A stretch of DNA of 64,000 bases from an uncultured Planctomycetota bacterium (lineage in GTDB: Bacteria > Planctomycetota > Planctomycetia > Pirellulales > Lacipirellulaceae), in the NCBI GenBank assembly GCA_963719315.1, contig CAVRBU010000002.1, forward strand, positions 1,632,001-1,696,000, read 5' to 3'. Position numbers and translations under genes: made by a program. The notes under the pieces are model-generated. The model was not told the origin of the DNA. It saw only the letters and a program-made list of their open reading frames with translations, and ran no database searches. This document shows, piece after piece, positions 40,467 through 49,867 of the stretch (positions are counted from its first letter, which is position 1; each line of letters opens with the position of its first letter).

Positions 40467-41009
40467 TCAGCCCACCACGGTGAGCAGTGTCCAGCCATAG
40501 TGATCGCAAAGCCACGACAGTCCCAATAACGCAGCGCACGCGAAAATGGCGGCCACGAGGTCGTCGGCCATGACCCCCAGGCCATCGGGCAGGTGTTCCA
40601 ATTGTGCACACGGCGGAGGTTTGGTGATATCGAACAGCCGGTGGAACAGGAAACCAGCCAGGGCGATTTTCCAATTCGTGAGCTGCACGATCAGGAAAAC
40701 AATTGGCATAGTTACGATCTCATCCCAAATAATGGCTTGGTTGTCTTTCGACCCGCCCAACGCGCGGCCCGCCACCGTGCACAGCGGAATGCCGATCACG
40801 AAAAGCGTGGCAATTACCAGAATCTGCCAGCCAACGCCCGGCAGCCGGCTGATCACCCATGCCAACGGCAACCCCTCCAAGCACGATCCCATCGTTCCAG
40901 GTGATACGGTCACCAGGCCAAGGCCGAAGCCTGTCGCAAGCCACGCAGCAAGTCTGGGAACAAAGGGCCGATGACTTGGAGCCGAGGGTTCGTGCTGTTT
41001 GTTTGACAT
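40467..41009 (-). CDS. pgpA: Phosphatidylglycerophosphatase A
   Basis: ATGFGLG, PGTMGS, IIWDEIV, RLFDITKP, GLGVMADD. Confidence 0.93.
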   Translation of the reverse strand: MSNKQHEPSAPSHRPFVPRLAAWLATGFGLGLVTVSPGTMGSCLEGLPLAWVISRLPGVGWQILVIATLFVIGIPLCTVAGRALGGSKDNQAIIWDEIVTMPIVFLIVQLTNWKIALAGFLFHRLFDITKPPPCAQLEHLPDGLGVMADDLVAAIFACAALLGLSWLCDHYGWTLLTVVG

Positions 41010-41208
41010 AAAACTACAGATTTCAAAGCGTCTCACCTGGATGGATGAACCACAAGCAACTCGCTTTGCTCATGCTATTAGGGCTTCCCCAGCTTTAAGC
41101 CCCACAGTTCATGGCTTCCAGCGACCAATCTTGGCTCGGCCTCGATTTCCACCTATCATTGACACTGTAGTAAAGTAGGTAATGTTTAGCGATTTGGTAA
41201 AGATCACA

Positions 41209-42987
41209 ATGGCAGATTCGTCTGAAAACGGGGCCCCTGAGAAGCTGAGTGCGGTCGAGATCGCTAAAGCGAACAGCGACTATCTGCGCGGGTCGATTCC
41301 GGAGGAGTTGGTCGACGGCAACGATTTCGTCGGCAAAGACAGCATCCAGTTGCTGAAGAATCACGGCACGTACCAGCAGGACGATCGCGAGCGACGGGCC
41401 GAAGCCCGCGGCGACGGCGCCGCGAAGGGCAAGTTCTACAACTTCATGGTTCGCACCGCGGTTCCCGGTGGGCGGCTCACGAGCGATCAGCTTTTGGCGG
41501 AATTGGATCTGTGCGACGAAGTCGGCAACACGACGCTCCGCATCACCACGCGGCAAGGCCTGCAGCTCCACGGCATACTCAAGTCGAATCTCAAGCACGC
41601 AATTCGCCGCATCAACGAAGTGCAACTCTCGACGCTCGCGGCCTGCGGCGACGTGAAGCGTAACGTGATGTGCACTCCCTGTCCGTACAACGGCGATCCG
41701 GTGCACGAGCAGATGTTCGCGCTTGCCGGAGAATTGGTGAAACAACTCAACCCGCGGACCCGCGCGTACCACCAGATTTGGCTCACCGATGGCGAGACGG
41801 GCGAGAGCGTGGATGTCGGCGCCGTCGGCGCTCCACCCGAATTGCTCTCCGGCCGGCCGATGCCGGGGGACGATCCGGTCGAACCGATCTACGGCAAAAC
41901 TTATTTGCCGCGGAAGTTCAAACTTGCAGTTGGGCTGCCGGGGGATAACAGCGTCGATGTCTACGCGAACGACATCGGCCTGCTGGCGATTACGGAAGAC
42001 TGGAACGTCGTGGGCTACAACGTCCTCGTCGGCGGCAGCTTCGGCGTCACGCCCAGCGCGAAAAAAACGTTTCCCGCCGTGGCGCTGCCGATGTGCTACA
42101 TCGACGCCGCACGGGTTGTCGATCTGTGCATCGCGATCGTGAAGGTACAGCGCGATTTCGGCAACCGGGCCGACCGCAAAGTAGCCCGCATGAAGTATCT
42201 CATTCACGATTGGGGGCTCGATCGTTTTCGCGAGAAGGTCGAGGAATACTTCGGCGATTCGCTCGAGCCGCTGCGACCGATCGGCGTGCACGGCTTCAAC
42301 GACGGCATGGGTTGGCACGAACAAGGCGACGGACTTTGGTTCTACGGGCTCAACGTCGAGAATGGGCGGATCAAAGACACGGAAACGATGCGGCTGAAGA
42401 CTGCGCTTCGCGAAATCTGCACGACGATGCATCTGCCGATTCGGCTGACGCCGCACCAAAGCGTCATCTTCTGCGACATCGCCCCCGCCGATCGCTCGAA
42501 GCTGGAAGAAACTTTGCGGCGCCACGGAGTACCGCTCACCGAGGAATACACAACCATTCGCCGCTGGGCGATGGCCTGCCCCGCCCTGCCCACGTGCGGA
42601 TTGGCGGTGACGGAGAGCGAACGCGTGATGCCGGAGATCGTGGATCAACTGGAAGTCGAAGTGCGGAAGTTGGGTCTTGAGGATGAAGTCTTCACAACCC
42701 GAATGACGGGCTGCCCGAACGGCTGCGCGCGGCCGTACAATTCCGATATCGGTCTGGTGGGCAAAACCAAAGACAAGTACACGATCTTTCTCGGCGGCCG
42801 GGTGCTCGGCGACCGGCTCAATTTCATCTACAAAGACCTGGTGCCAACTGCCGAAGTCGTGCCCACGCTCGCGCCGGTGCTACGGTACTTCAAGGAATCC
42901 CGCGAAACCGGCGAATCGTTCGGCGATTTCTGCCACCGCGTGGGCAAGGAAGAATTACTAGCCCACTGTGCTGAAGTTGCCGTGTGA
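41209..42987 (+). CDS. Assimilatory sulfite reductase, siroheme hemoprotein subunit
   Basis: HGTYQQDDR, TLRITTRQ, YLPRKFK, MACPALPTCGLA, MTGCPNGCARP. Confidence 0.95.
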   Translation: MADSSENGAPEKLSAVEIAKANSDYLRGSIPEELVDGNDFVGKDSIQLLKNHGTYQQDDRERRAEARGDGAAKGKFYNFMVRTAVPGGRLTSDQLLAELDLCDEVGNTTLRITTRQGLQLHGILKSNLKHAIRRINEVQLSTLAACGDVKRNVMCTPCPYNGDPVHEQMFALAGELVKQLNPRTRAYHQIWLTDGETGESVDVGAVGAPPELLSGRPMPGDDPVEPIYGKTYLPRKFKLAVGLPGDNSVDVYANDIGLLAITEDWNVVGYNVLVGGSFGVTPSAKKTFPAVALPMCYIDAARVVDLCIAIVKVQRDFGNRADRKVARMKYLIHDWGLDRFREKVEEYFGDSLEPLRPIGVHGFNDGMGWHEQGDGLWFYGLNVENGRIKDTETMRLKTALREICTTMHLPIRLTPHQSVIFCDIAPADRSKLEETLRRHGVPLTEEYTTIRRWAMACPALPTCGLAVTESERVMPEIVDQLEVEVRKLGLEDEVFTTRMTGCPNGCARPYNSDIGLVGKTKDKYTIFLGGRVLGDRLNFIYKDLVPTAEVVPTLAPVLRYFKESRETGESFGDFCHRVGKEELLAHCAEVAV

Positions 42988-43397
42988 TCGAAAGGTACCG
43001 CGTTCCACAACTTACAGGGTGCCTGGGGTCGAGCGCAGCGAGCCCCCAGCGCCTGAGTACGCTCCAAACCTAAACTTGACCCACCCATCGCTTAGTTGTT
43101 AGTTCTCATGCGGTTACAATCATGTTTATGCGATCCAGACCTGACCAAATGACAGTGCTTTAATTGTCCCCACGATTCGTTCTGAAGCCGGTAATTTACG
43201 GGGCAGCCGACACGAGCTGCGTCTACTTTATGTCCCTGCGGCCAGGCGGCTGAACCTGGAGTCGGCGCTTCGATCCCGCGGCAGGCCGCAAACAGAAAGC
43301 GGTTCCCCGACACCTTTGTCCCTTCCCGGGAAAAATACAGTTGAGCAAGGCGGATTGATTTAGGCCTTGTGGACGATTTGTCTTTCTCCCGCGGTTA

Positions 43398-43612
43398 GTT
43401 TTGCGCGAGGGCTTCGCGCAATAGAAATCGCAAGTCGTTGGGAGGCAAGGGAGTACGTTTTGCTCATGCGTGAGAAATTTTTTTCTAGCGTGCAAAAGTC
43501 CTCCTTATTGCGCGGCGCTCAGGCTACCAACCGCTGGAAATCCAGTGGTTTGGGCGTGCGCGAAGCGTGCAATAACAGGCGAGTTTGCTCTCTAAGCAGC
43601 CGTTCTCTGGCA
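43398..43612. other. Conserved non-coding element, copy 2
   Basis: Same blocks and near-identical spacing as 9154-9370. Confidence 0.85.
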
Positions 43613-43746
43613 GAATTTAGCGGGTAGCCAGAGCGGTCGAGACTTGAAAGTGTGGCGATTGTCGCGACGTTTTAAGCTGTTCCGGCTCTTCGGCCAACTT
43701 TGGGCAAAAAGGCGCGAGCGCGTCGGGAGACCGCACGCAACCTCTG

Positions 43747-43777
43747 GCTGATAGCTAACAGCTAGTGGCTAACAGCT
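43747..43777. repeat. Degenerate 7-bp tandem repeat (GCTAACA)
   Basis: gctgata gctaaca gctagtg gctaaca gct. Confidence 0.7.
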
Positions 43778-43782
43778 TCCTC

Positions 43783-45022
43783 TAGTGGTCTGTCGTTGTT
43801 CAGTAGTTAGGGGATAGCATAACGTCTTCAGGTTTTTCACAGGAGGCGAGAAAATGAACTACAACACGAAGTATGTGGTGCGGTTGACTGGGGAAGAGCG
43901 AGAGGAATTGGCGGCGGTGGTGGGACGAGGCAAGGTGGCGGCGGGCAAGCGTCGCCGAGCCCAGGTGCTGCTCAAGGCGGACGCCGGCGTCACGGGGTCG
44001 GGTCGGACCGACCAGGAGATTTGCGAAGCGTTGGACGTCAGCGTGGGATTGGTGCATGACGTGCGACAGGCGTACGTCGAGCAGGGCCTGAACGTTGCCT
44101 TGGAATGGAAGCCTAAGAGCCGGCATCGCCCTCGAAAGTTGGACGGCCAACAGGAGGCCCGCTTGATCGCCGTGGCCTGCGGACCGGCTCCGGAAGGACG
44201 CGCCCGCTGGACCTTGCGACTGCTGGCCGACAAGTTGGTCGAACTGGAGATCGTCGAGTCGATCAGCAAGGACGCCGTGCGCAGCGCACTGAAAAAAACG
44301 AGCTTAAGCCCTGGTTGAAAGAGCAGTGGGTTCTGCCTAAGCCGCATGACGCGGACTATGTTGCCGCGATGGAAGACGTTCTGGAGGTCTATCAGCGTCC
44401 CTACGACGAGCAACGGCCAGTCGTGTGCGTCGACGAAGCCACCAAGCAATTGGTGGCCGACGTCACGCCGCCGCTGCCGATGGAGCCGGGGCAGCCGGCG
44501 CGACAGGATTACGAATACGAACGGCGGGGAACAGCGAATCTGTTCATGGTCTGCGAACCTTTGGCGGGCCGCCGCCGGGTGAAGGTCACCGAACGTCGCG
44601 CGAAGGCGGATTTCGCCGACCTGCTGCGCAACATCGCCGACGAGCAGTACCCGACGGCGGAGAAGATCGTGCTGGTCATGGACAACCTGAATACGCACAA
44701 GCTGTCCGTGCTGTACGCGATCTTCCCGCCTGACGAGGCGCGACGGTTGTGGGAGCGGTTTGAAGTGCATCACACCCCCAAGCACGCCAGTTGGCTGAAC
44801 ATGGCGGAATGTGAATTGTCCGTGCTGGGAAGGCAGTGCCTGGACCAACGGATCGATTCCCGAGCCCGCCTGGAGAGCGAAGTTCACGCATGGGAACAAC
44901 CCCCCCCGCAACCAACAACCAGTCCGCGTCGACTGGCAATTCACCGCCGCCGATGCCAGGATCAAGATTAAACGACTTTATCCCGTACTAGCACCCGTCA
45001 ACTAAATCGAGACAGACCACTA
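43783..45022 (+). mobile_element. IS630-family insertion sequence
   Basis: TA-GTGGTCTGTC ... GACAGACCAC-TA terminal inverted repeats with TA duplication (CTAG context). Confidence 0.95.
43854..45005 (+). CDS. IS630 transposase, OrfA/OrfB joined by probable -1 frameshift at A7 (44292-44298); second frameshift in C8 run at 44900
   Basis: HTH region RWTLRLLADKLVEL, LKK/NELKPW junction, VCVDE, VMDNLNTH, HTPKHASWLNMAECE, DWQFTAADARIKIKRLYP in a shifted frame. Confidence 0.9.
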
Positions 45023-45149
45023 GGTTTTCAAGGAGCGAACGCCGTCGCAGTGCGGCGTGATGAGACTATAGCATTTTCGTGGGGCCCTATCCACAATTAT
45101 TTTTGGCCGCGCGGAGAAAGCGTGCGGCGGCCGTTGGCGGCGGTTTTTT

Positions 45150-45226
45150 GACCACAGATAGCGCGGATGGCACGGATAGGATTGCGAGGCTGAATCTTAT
45201 CCGTGCGATCGGTGTAATTCGAGGTT
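45150..45226. repeat. Inverted ~9-bp-period repeats (CACGGAT type)
   Basis: accacagatagcgcggatggcacggat ... atccgtgcgatcggtgtaattcgaggtt. Confidence 0.7.
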
Positions 45227-45310
45227 GACCAGGTGCTCGAATCTGACGAACGTTGGCGCGAACGCGGCTGGGCGTAGCCGTCGCAACCACAGCACGCACC
45301 AGAATAAACG

Positions 45311-45352
45311 AACGGGGTCAGGATTTGATTAAATCGTTCTGACCCGTTTTCC
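45311..45352. repeat. GGGTCAG palindrome, copy 1
   Basis: AACGGGGTCAGGATTTGATTAAATCGTTCTGACCCGTTTTCC; related copy at 47573-47620. Confidence 0.8.
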
Positions 45353-45491
45353 GTTACGCGATGAACATGCAGCTTTCGAACTGGCATCCGCCACTTCGCT
45401 TGAGTTTTACTTCGGGAGTCGTGAATTGACAGCATCAACGGGAGGCGTAATAGATTAGCGACAACTACGTTCGGGTCACGGGGGAATTCTT

Positions 45492-45842
45492 ATGCGCGAT
45501 GATTGCGACAATCGCTGGTGGTTAAGTGGAGCGAAGGTTGGCTTCGCTATTGTCCTGGCCGCAACCAGCCTCGGATGTGGGAATCGCCAAAAAAAGCAAA
45601 TCCCACCAACAATTGGGAATACAGGTGTGCCTGCCCAAGTCACAGAAGATGAAGCCGTGCGAATTGCGGAAAAACAATATATTTCGGAAAATCGTGCAAC
45701 TCGAGTTAGGTCACATGTCGACAAGAGCGACAAGAATGGGTACACGATTACAGTCGAATCGTTGCCAGCTACTCCCGGAAGGCACGCTACGTTCAACATA
45801 TCGCCGACTGGAAAAGTAACGTCATCTATTCCGGGTGCGTGA
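45492..45842 (+). CDS. Small putative lipoprotein
   Basis: Hydrophobic stretch ending SLGC, then PepSY-like VTEDEAVRIAEK; low GC. Confidence 0.6.
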   Translation: MRDDCDNRWWLSGAKVGFAIVLAATSLGCGNRQKKQIPPTIGNTGVPAQVTEDEAVRIAEKQYISENRATRVRSHVDKSDKNGYTITVESLPATPGRHATFNISPTGKVTSSIPGA

Positions 45843-45889
45843 GCGTCGGCAAAGAAAAGCACTGTCATGGGGTAATTTGCATTTTGAGA

Positions 45890-46409
45890 TGAGCGCGTAC
45901 TTTCTGCGCTGCTATCGTGGCCTCTCAGCCCACCTGGAAGACCATCCCGCGCTGCGTGACCTGTTGGAGCTGAAGCAAGTCCCCTACTTCACCACGTTCC
46001 AAAAAGCGGCCCGCCGCTTGCTGCTTACGGCGCCCGCTCGCAAACTGCTGGCCTCCACCGTGCGGCTCCACCTGGGTCGCAAGGAACGGGTGAAGCGGGC
46101 GGCCATCGACTCGACCGGCCTCGAATGCACGTGCGCCAGTGGCTACTTCGTCCGTCGCCGAAAACGCGTGGAAAAGCCTTGGAAAACCGTGGTTTATCAC
46201 CACTACGCCAAGCTGGGCGTGGTCAGCGGGATCGACGATCACTTCATCTTCGCGCTCGATGCCGGGCGTGGTCCTCGGCCCGACGTTCGATGAGTTTCGC
46301 CCACTTCTCACCGAGGCCACGCGCGTCGTGCTTCCCGTTCCCCTTTGATTGCCTCCCCCTTGATTGCCCTTACGACGGCGCGACCGAACCCGTCCCCAAC
46401 GAAAAATAA
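45890..46409 (+). pseudogene. IS5/IS4-like DDE transposase fragment
   Basis: YRGL...L.D...L.L.QVPYFTTF, AAIDSTG, RGPRPDV; truncated and frameshifted. Confidence 0.75.
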
Positions 46410-46461
46410 ACTGCCATGCGGTTTGCGGAACGGACACGATATTACTTAAGTATGATCCCGG

Positions 46462-47475
46462 CTATTTGATTTCCGACGACACACTATCGCTTTCTTTCAA
46501 TGGCTTTAAGCCGCCCGATTGTTGTATGTAATGCCGCCGTTCGTCACCGACCCTTTCTGACACGCGTGCTCCTATCGGAAATTGGATTGTAAAGCTGTTG
46601 TCATCGATGTCAGTATTTACTTCAAATTTAGTGACTTTCGCATTGCGACTATGTTCAATCTCACCATCTTTTCCGTAGCTCGAATATACCCATTCCTTCA
46701 CCGTAGGCTCTGTTTTTTTACCATCGCCATACTTAATGCTCAGATTCATCGTGAGCTTTCCTTCGAGCCACGTCTGCCATTGAACTGGAATCCAGCCTTT
46801 CTCAGCATCACAATCAATTGCTGACGTCCAATTGGGAGTGCCACGCGGAACGCGTAACCGCCGACATCTAATACCTTCGACGTCAACGGTGTTTTCCTCA
46901 ACGCTCATGGATTTGAACGACCAGCCAACGTCATGCAGCACTACCTGTGGCTGCAACCAGAGATTCACCGCGAGCAATTCGGCGTTTTGGGTAATGTATC
47001 CGTTAGCCACTCCTTTCTTTTCAATAGAACCCGAAACTATTTTCTCTTGTTGAATAAGGGATGCATTTAGGGCTCCATCAAATGTTGCGTGAAAAACCTG
47101 CTGCAAAGTCCTTTCAGGATCGCCCCAGTCAATGACTGGACCGGAGCGTGTCACTGCGGCCTTGCCGTGTTCGTAGGTGTACTCAAGCTTGGTTTTCAAA
47201 ACCCGATCTTCTTTCGGACGCCCGTCGCTAAACGGTCCTTGAGGTTCGAGTGGGACGTTGCCCCGGCCTTTTGTGAACGCCGCGTATTCGGCCTTCAACG
47301 TCAATGACTTGATCGCGTTTGTACGCTGATTCCAGGCCGCTTCGGCTTCGTGTCGTAGAGCCGCAAGTTGATCGGAAGATTGAGTGCCTTGTGCAGAGAC
47401 GTGGGCTATAAAATCAATCACAGCTACGGCACTGAAGAACAACATCGCGACGGGACCAAAAGCAAATGATTTCAT
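46462..47475 (-). CDS. Secreted hypothetical protein (low GC)
   Basis: 337 aa with signal peptide; ends VN.DIDD..F...FP.G..V. Confidence 0.75.
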   Translation of the reverse strand: MKSFAFGPVAMLFFSAVAVIDFIAHVSAQGTQSSDQLAALRHEAEAAWNQRTNAIKSLTLKAEYAAFTKGRGNVPLEPQGPFSDGRPKEDRVLKTKLEYTYEHGKAAVTRSGPVIDWGDPERTLQQVFHATFDGALNASLIQQEKIVSGSIEKKGVANGYITQNAELLAVNLWLQPQVVLHDVGWSFKSMSVEENTVDVEGIRCRRLRVPRGTPNWTSAIDCDAEKGWIPVQWQTWLEGKLTMNLSIKYGDGKKTEPTVKEWVYSSYGKDGEIEHSRNAKVTKFEVNTDIDDNSFTIQFPIGARVSERVGDERRHYIQQSGGLKPLKESDSVSSEIK

Positions 47476-47572
47476 ATTGTTTACTCGTGGACCGCTGTGT
47501 CGCACGGAACAGCAGTGATGGAGAATGCGATTCGGAAAACTCGAAATACCTTGGGGGCGGTTCAAGGACCAG

Positions 47573-47620
47573 AAAAGGGTCAGAACGATTTAGCATGAAT
47601 CGTTCTGACCCGTTATTCCT
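47573..47620. repeat. GGGTCAG palindrome, copy 2
   Basis: AAAAGGGTCAGAACGATTTAGCATGAATCGTTCTGACCCGTTATTCC. Confidence 0.8.
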
Positions 47621-47670
47621 TCTCGGAGTTGCGTCACCGGCTTGGGTTAGTGTAGTCGTTTTGTGATGGC

Positions 47671-48261
47671 TTACGTCGAACAATCGGCCGATTGCCGCGG
47701 ACATCCAGATGCGATCACGAGCTCGGCAACTCGGCGCACGATATCAACGGTCTGCTTGTTTCCAGTGACGTGTCGAGTGACGTACGCGCCTTCCATGATC
47801 AGACACAACTCTCTGGCGAGAGCGCGAGGCTCAGCGGCGCCTGCTTCCACCGCGAGGTCGTAGACCATGTCCTCAACGGCTTGCTTGCTATGCGCGGCCG
47901 CGACGTGAGCGGGTTCGTGCGGAAGCGGGAACTCCATCGCGACATTGACGAAAAAGCAGCCTTTAAAATCGTCCGATTCGACAAAGTGCTCGACGACATC
48001 GAGCAGTGCGCCGAGTTGGCCGATCGGCGTGGGGCCGCCCCGGTCGCGAACCATGCGGCGAAAGGTATCTTGCATCAAGCGGTTGTGGCCTTCCAGGGCC
48101 GCAAGCATCAAGTCTTCTTTGCTCTCGAAATGCTTGTAGAAGGCCGTCTTGCTAATCCCCACGTCGGAGAGAATCTGGTCAATTCCGACGCTGCGAAATC
48201 CGTCTCGGTAAAAACGGCGAACGGCCGCATCGATCAGCCGTTGTCGAGTGGGTGATTTCAT
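47671..48261 (-). CDS. TetR/AcrR family regulator
   Basis: RQRLIDAA...F...G...VGIDQI...GISKTAFYKHFESKEDL, KGCFFVN. Confidence 0.95.
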   Translation of the reverse strand: MKSPTRQRLIDAAVRRFYRDGFRSVGIDQILSDVGISKTAFYKHFESKEDLMLAALEGHNRLMQDTFRRMVRDRGGPTPIGQLGALLDVVEHFVESDDFKGCFFVNVAMEFPLPHEPAHVAAAHSKQAVEDMVYDLAVEAGAAEPRALARELCLIMEGAYVTRHVTGNKQTVDIVRRVAELVIASGCPRQSADCST

Positions 48262-48280
48262 CGGTTTCCCGGCTGGGAAA

Positions 48281-48330
48281 GACAGGTTTACCACAAGTCA
48301 ACCGTAAGTGTACCACAAGTCAACTTGTGA
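48281..48330. promoter_or_regulatory. Candidate TetR operator/promoter
   Basis: Direct repeat TACCACAAGTCAAC at 48289 and 48311; palindrome CACAAGTCAACTTGTG. Confidence 0.55.
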
Positions 48331-48439
48331 TCCCACCGCGCTACTCGATACTTCAACCAAATGAACTTCGCACGGGTCGGCGACCGGCCCGTTGCGACTT
48401 GCTAAACCAAGGCGCCAACGAGAAAGCGAGGGTGTGATT

Positions 48440-49243
48440 ATGAAACGCTGGTTGTTTTTAGCCTATGGGATCGCCGGCTACGCGACTTTTCTGGCAACGT
48501 ACGCGTATATGGCGGGTTTCGTAGGGAACTTGTTTGTGCCCAAGAGCATCGACGCTCCCGCCGGCGGTTATACAGCCGAAGCCGTGGTGATCAACTTGCT
48601 GCTCGTAGTAATTTTTGCCGTGCAACACTCGGTGATGGCTCGGCCCGCGTTCAAACGTCTTTGGACGAGGTTGGTCCCGCAACCGATTGAGCGCGCTACT
48701 TATGTTTGGTTTGCAAACGCCGCCACAATTCTCCTGATGTGGCAGTGGCAGCCGATCGACGCCGTTGTCTGGGACGCCGAACAGCCGGTTGTTCGCGGAA
48801 TGTTATGGTCCTTGTTCGCCGCTGGCTGGCTGGCTGTGCCGTTAGTTAGCCTGATGATCAATCATTTCGATTTATTTGGCACGCGACAGGTCTGGCTGTT
48901 CTGGCAGAACAAACAGTATACGTACCTGCCGTTTCGCACTCCAGCGGCCTATGCTCACGTGCGCCATCCGCTCTACCTTGGATGGGCCTTGTTTTTCTGG
49001 GCGACACCGACAATGACGGTGGGCCATCTGCTGTTCGCTGGTTCGCTTACCGCGTACATGATGTTGGCGGCAATCGTGGAGGAGCGCGATTTGGTGACTC
49101 ACTTCGGACAGACGTACCAGGACTACAGACGTTGGGTCCCGATTTTTGTGCCGAGGTTGACGGTCGCCGCGACAGCCTCGCAAGCCTTGCGTGAATCTGA
49201 ACCAATCGCCCAACCAATTGAAGCGGAGGCATGTGATGTCTAG
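48440..49243 (+). CDS. mddA: Methanethiol S-methyltransferase-like membrane methyltransferase (ICMT/NnrU superfamily)
   Basis: YG...Y..F...Y..GFVGN..VPKSID, FAVQHSVMARPAFK, IERATYV, INHFDLFG.RQV, VRHPLYLG, WATPTMT.GHLLFA, EERDL. Confidence 0.8.
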   Translation: MKRWLFLAYGIAGYATFLATYAYMAGFVGNLFVPKSIDAPAGGYTAEAVVINLLLVVIFAVQHSVMARPAFKRLWTRLVPQPIERATYVWFANAATILLMWQWQPIDAVVWDAEQPVVRGMLWSLFAAGWLAVPLVSLMINHFDLFGTRQVWLFWQNKQYTYLPFRTPAAYAHVRHPLYLGWALFFWATPTMTVGHLLFAGSLTAYMMLAAIVEERDLVTHFGQTYQDYRRWVPIFVPRLTVAATASQALRESEPIAQPIEAEACDV

Positions 49244-49513
49244 ACCGATCCTGGACCGACAAGTCGTCATTGACATGGGCCGGTGGCACTAGACGCTCAC
49301 CAAACCGCTGCTGACTGCTCACCCGGCAGCGTACACGTGGGCCATTGCCGCTGCTGTGGGGCTTCGTGCCGCAGCGGGCGGCAATACCAGGAGTATATTC
49401 GCTTCGTTTTTATATGTGTTCCGCGGTACGGCGTGCCCGCCGCATCCGCTTTCCAGCCGACGTGCGAGTCCGATCGATTCGCGCAGGCAGTAGACTCGGA
49501 AAGGAGAGTTCAG

Positions 49514-49732
49514 ATGCCACTTGCCAACATTAAACTGATCGAAGGGGTTTTCACCGACTCCGAGAAGCAACGGATGATCGAGAAGGTCACCGACGCGCTC
49601 GTCAGCATTGAGGGCGAACGTCTTCGAGAAAAGACCGTGGTAATCATTGAAGAAGCGAGAAGCGGTAATTGGGGAGTCGGGGGAAAGTCACTGACGACGG
49701 AGTACGTCAAACGTGTTCGAGCAGAAGGCTAA
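49514..49732 (+). CDS. 4-oxalocrotonate tautomerase family protein
   Basis: Catalytic Pro1 (MPLANIKLIEG), VIIEE..SGNWGVGG; AGGAG RBS. Confidence 0.9.
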   Translation: MPLANIKLIEGVFTDSEKQRMIEKVTDALVSIEGERLREKTVVIIEEARSGNWGVGGKSLTTEYVKRVRAEG

Positions 49733-49867
49733 CCTCGATTGGCCAAGTGGGCGGGCGTTGAGCGTGCTCCCTGGTCTGCCCATCAGGCCACCCAGCGCTC
49801 GCCCGCTAACAATTGAATCGGAATGGCTTCAACGAAGAAGGCATGGGCGAGACGATGTTGCGATCCG

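Noticed and set aside
49236..49513. Extra gene or N-terminal extension between mddA and the tautomerase
   Set aside because: Early stop; the tautomerase needs Pro1 and has its own RBS at 49501.
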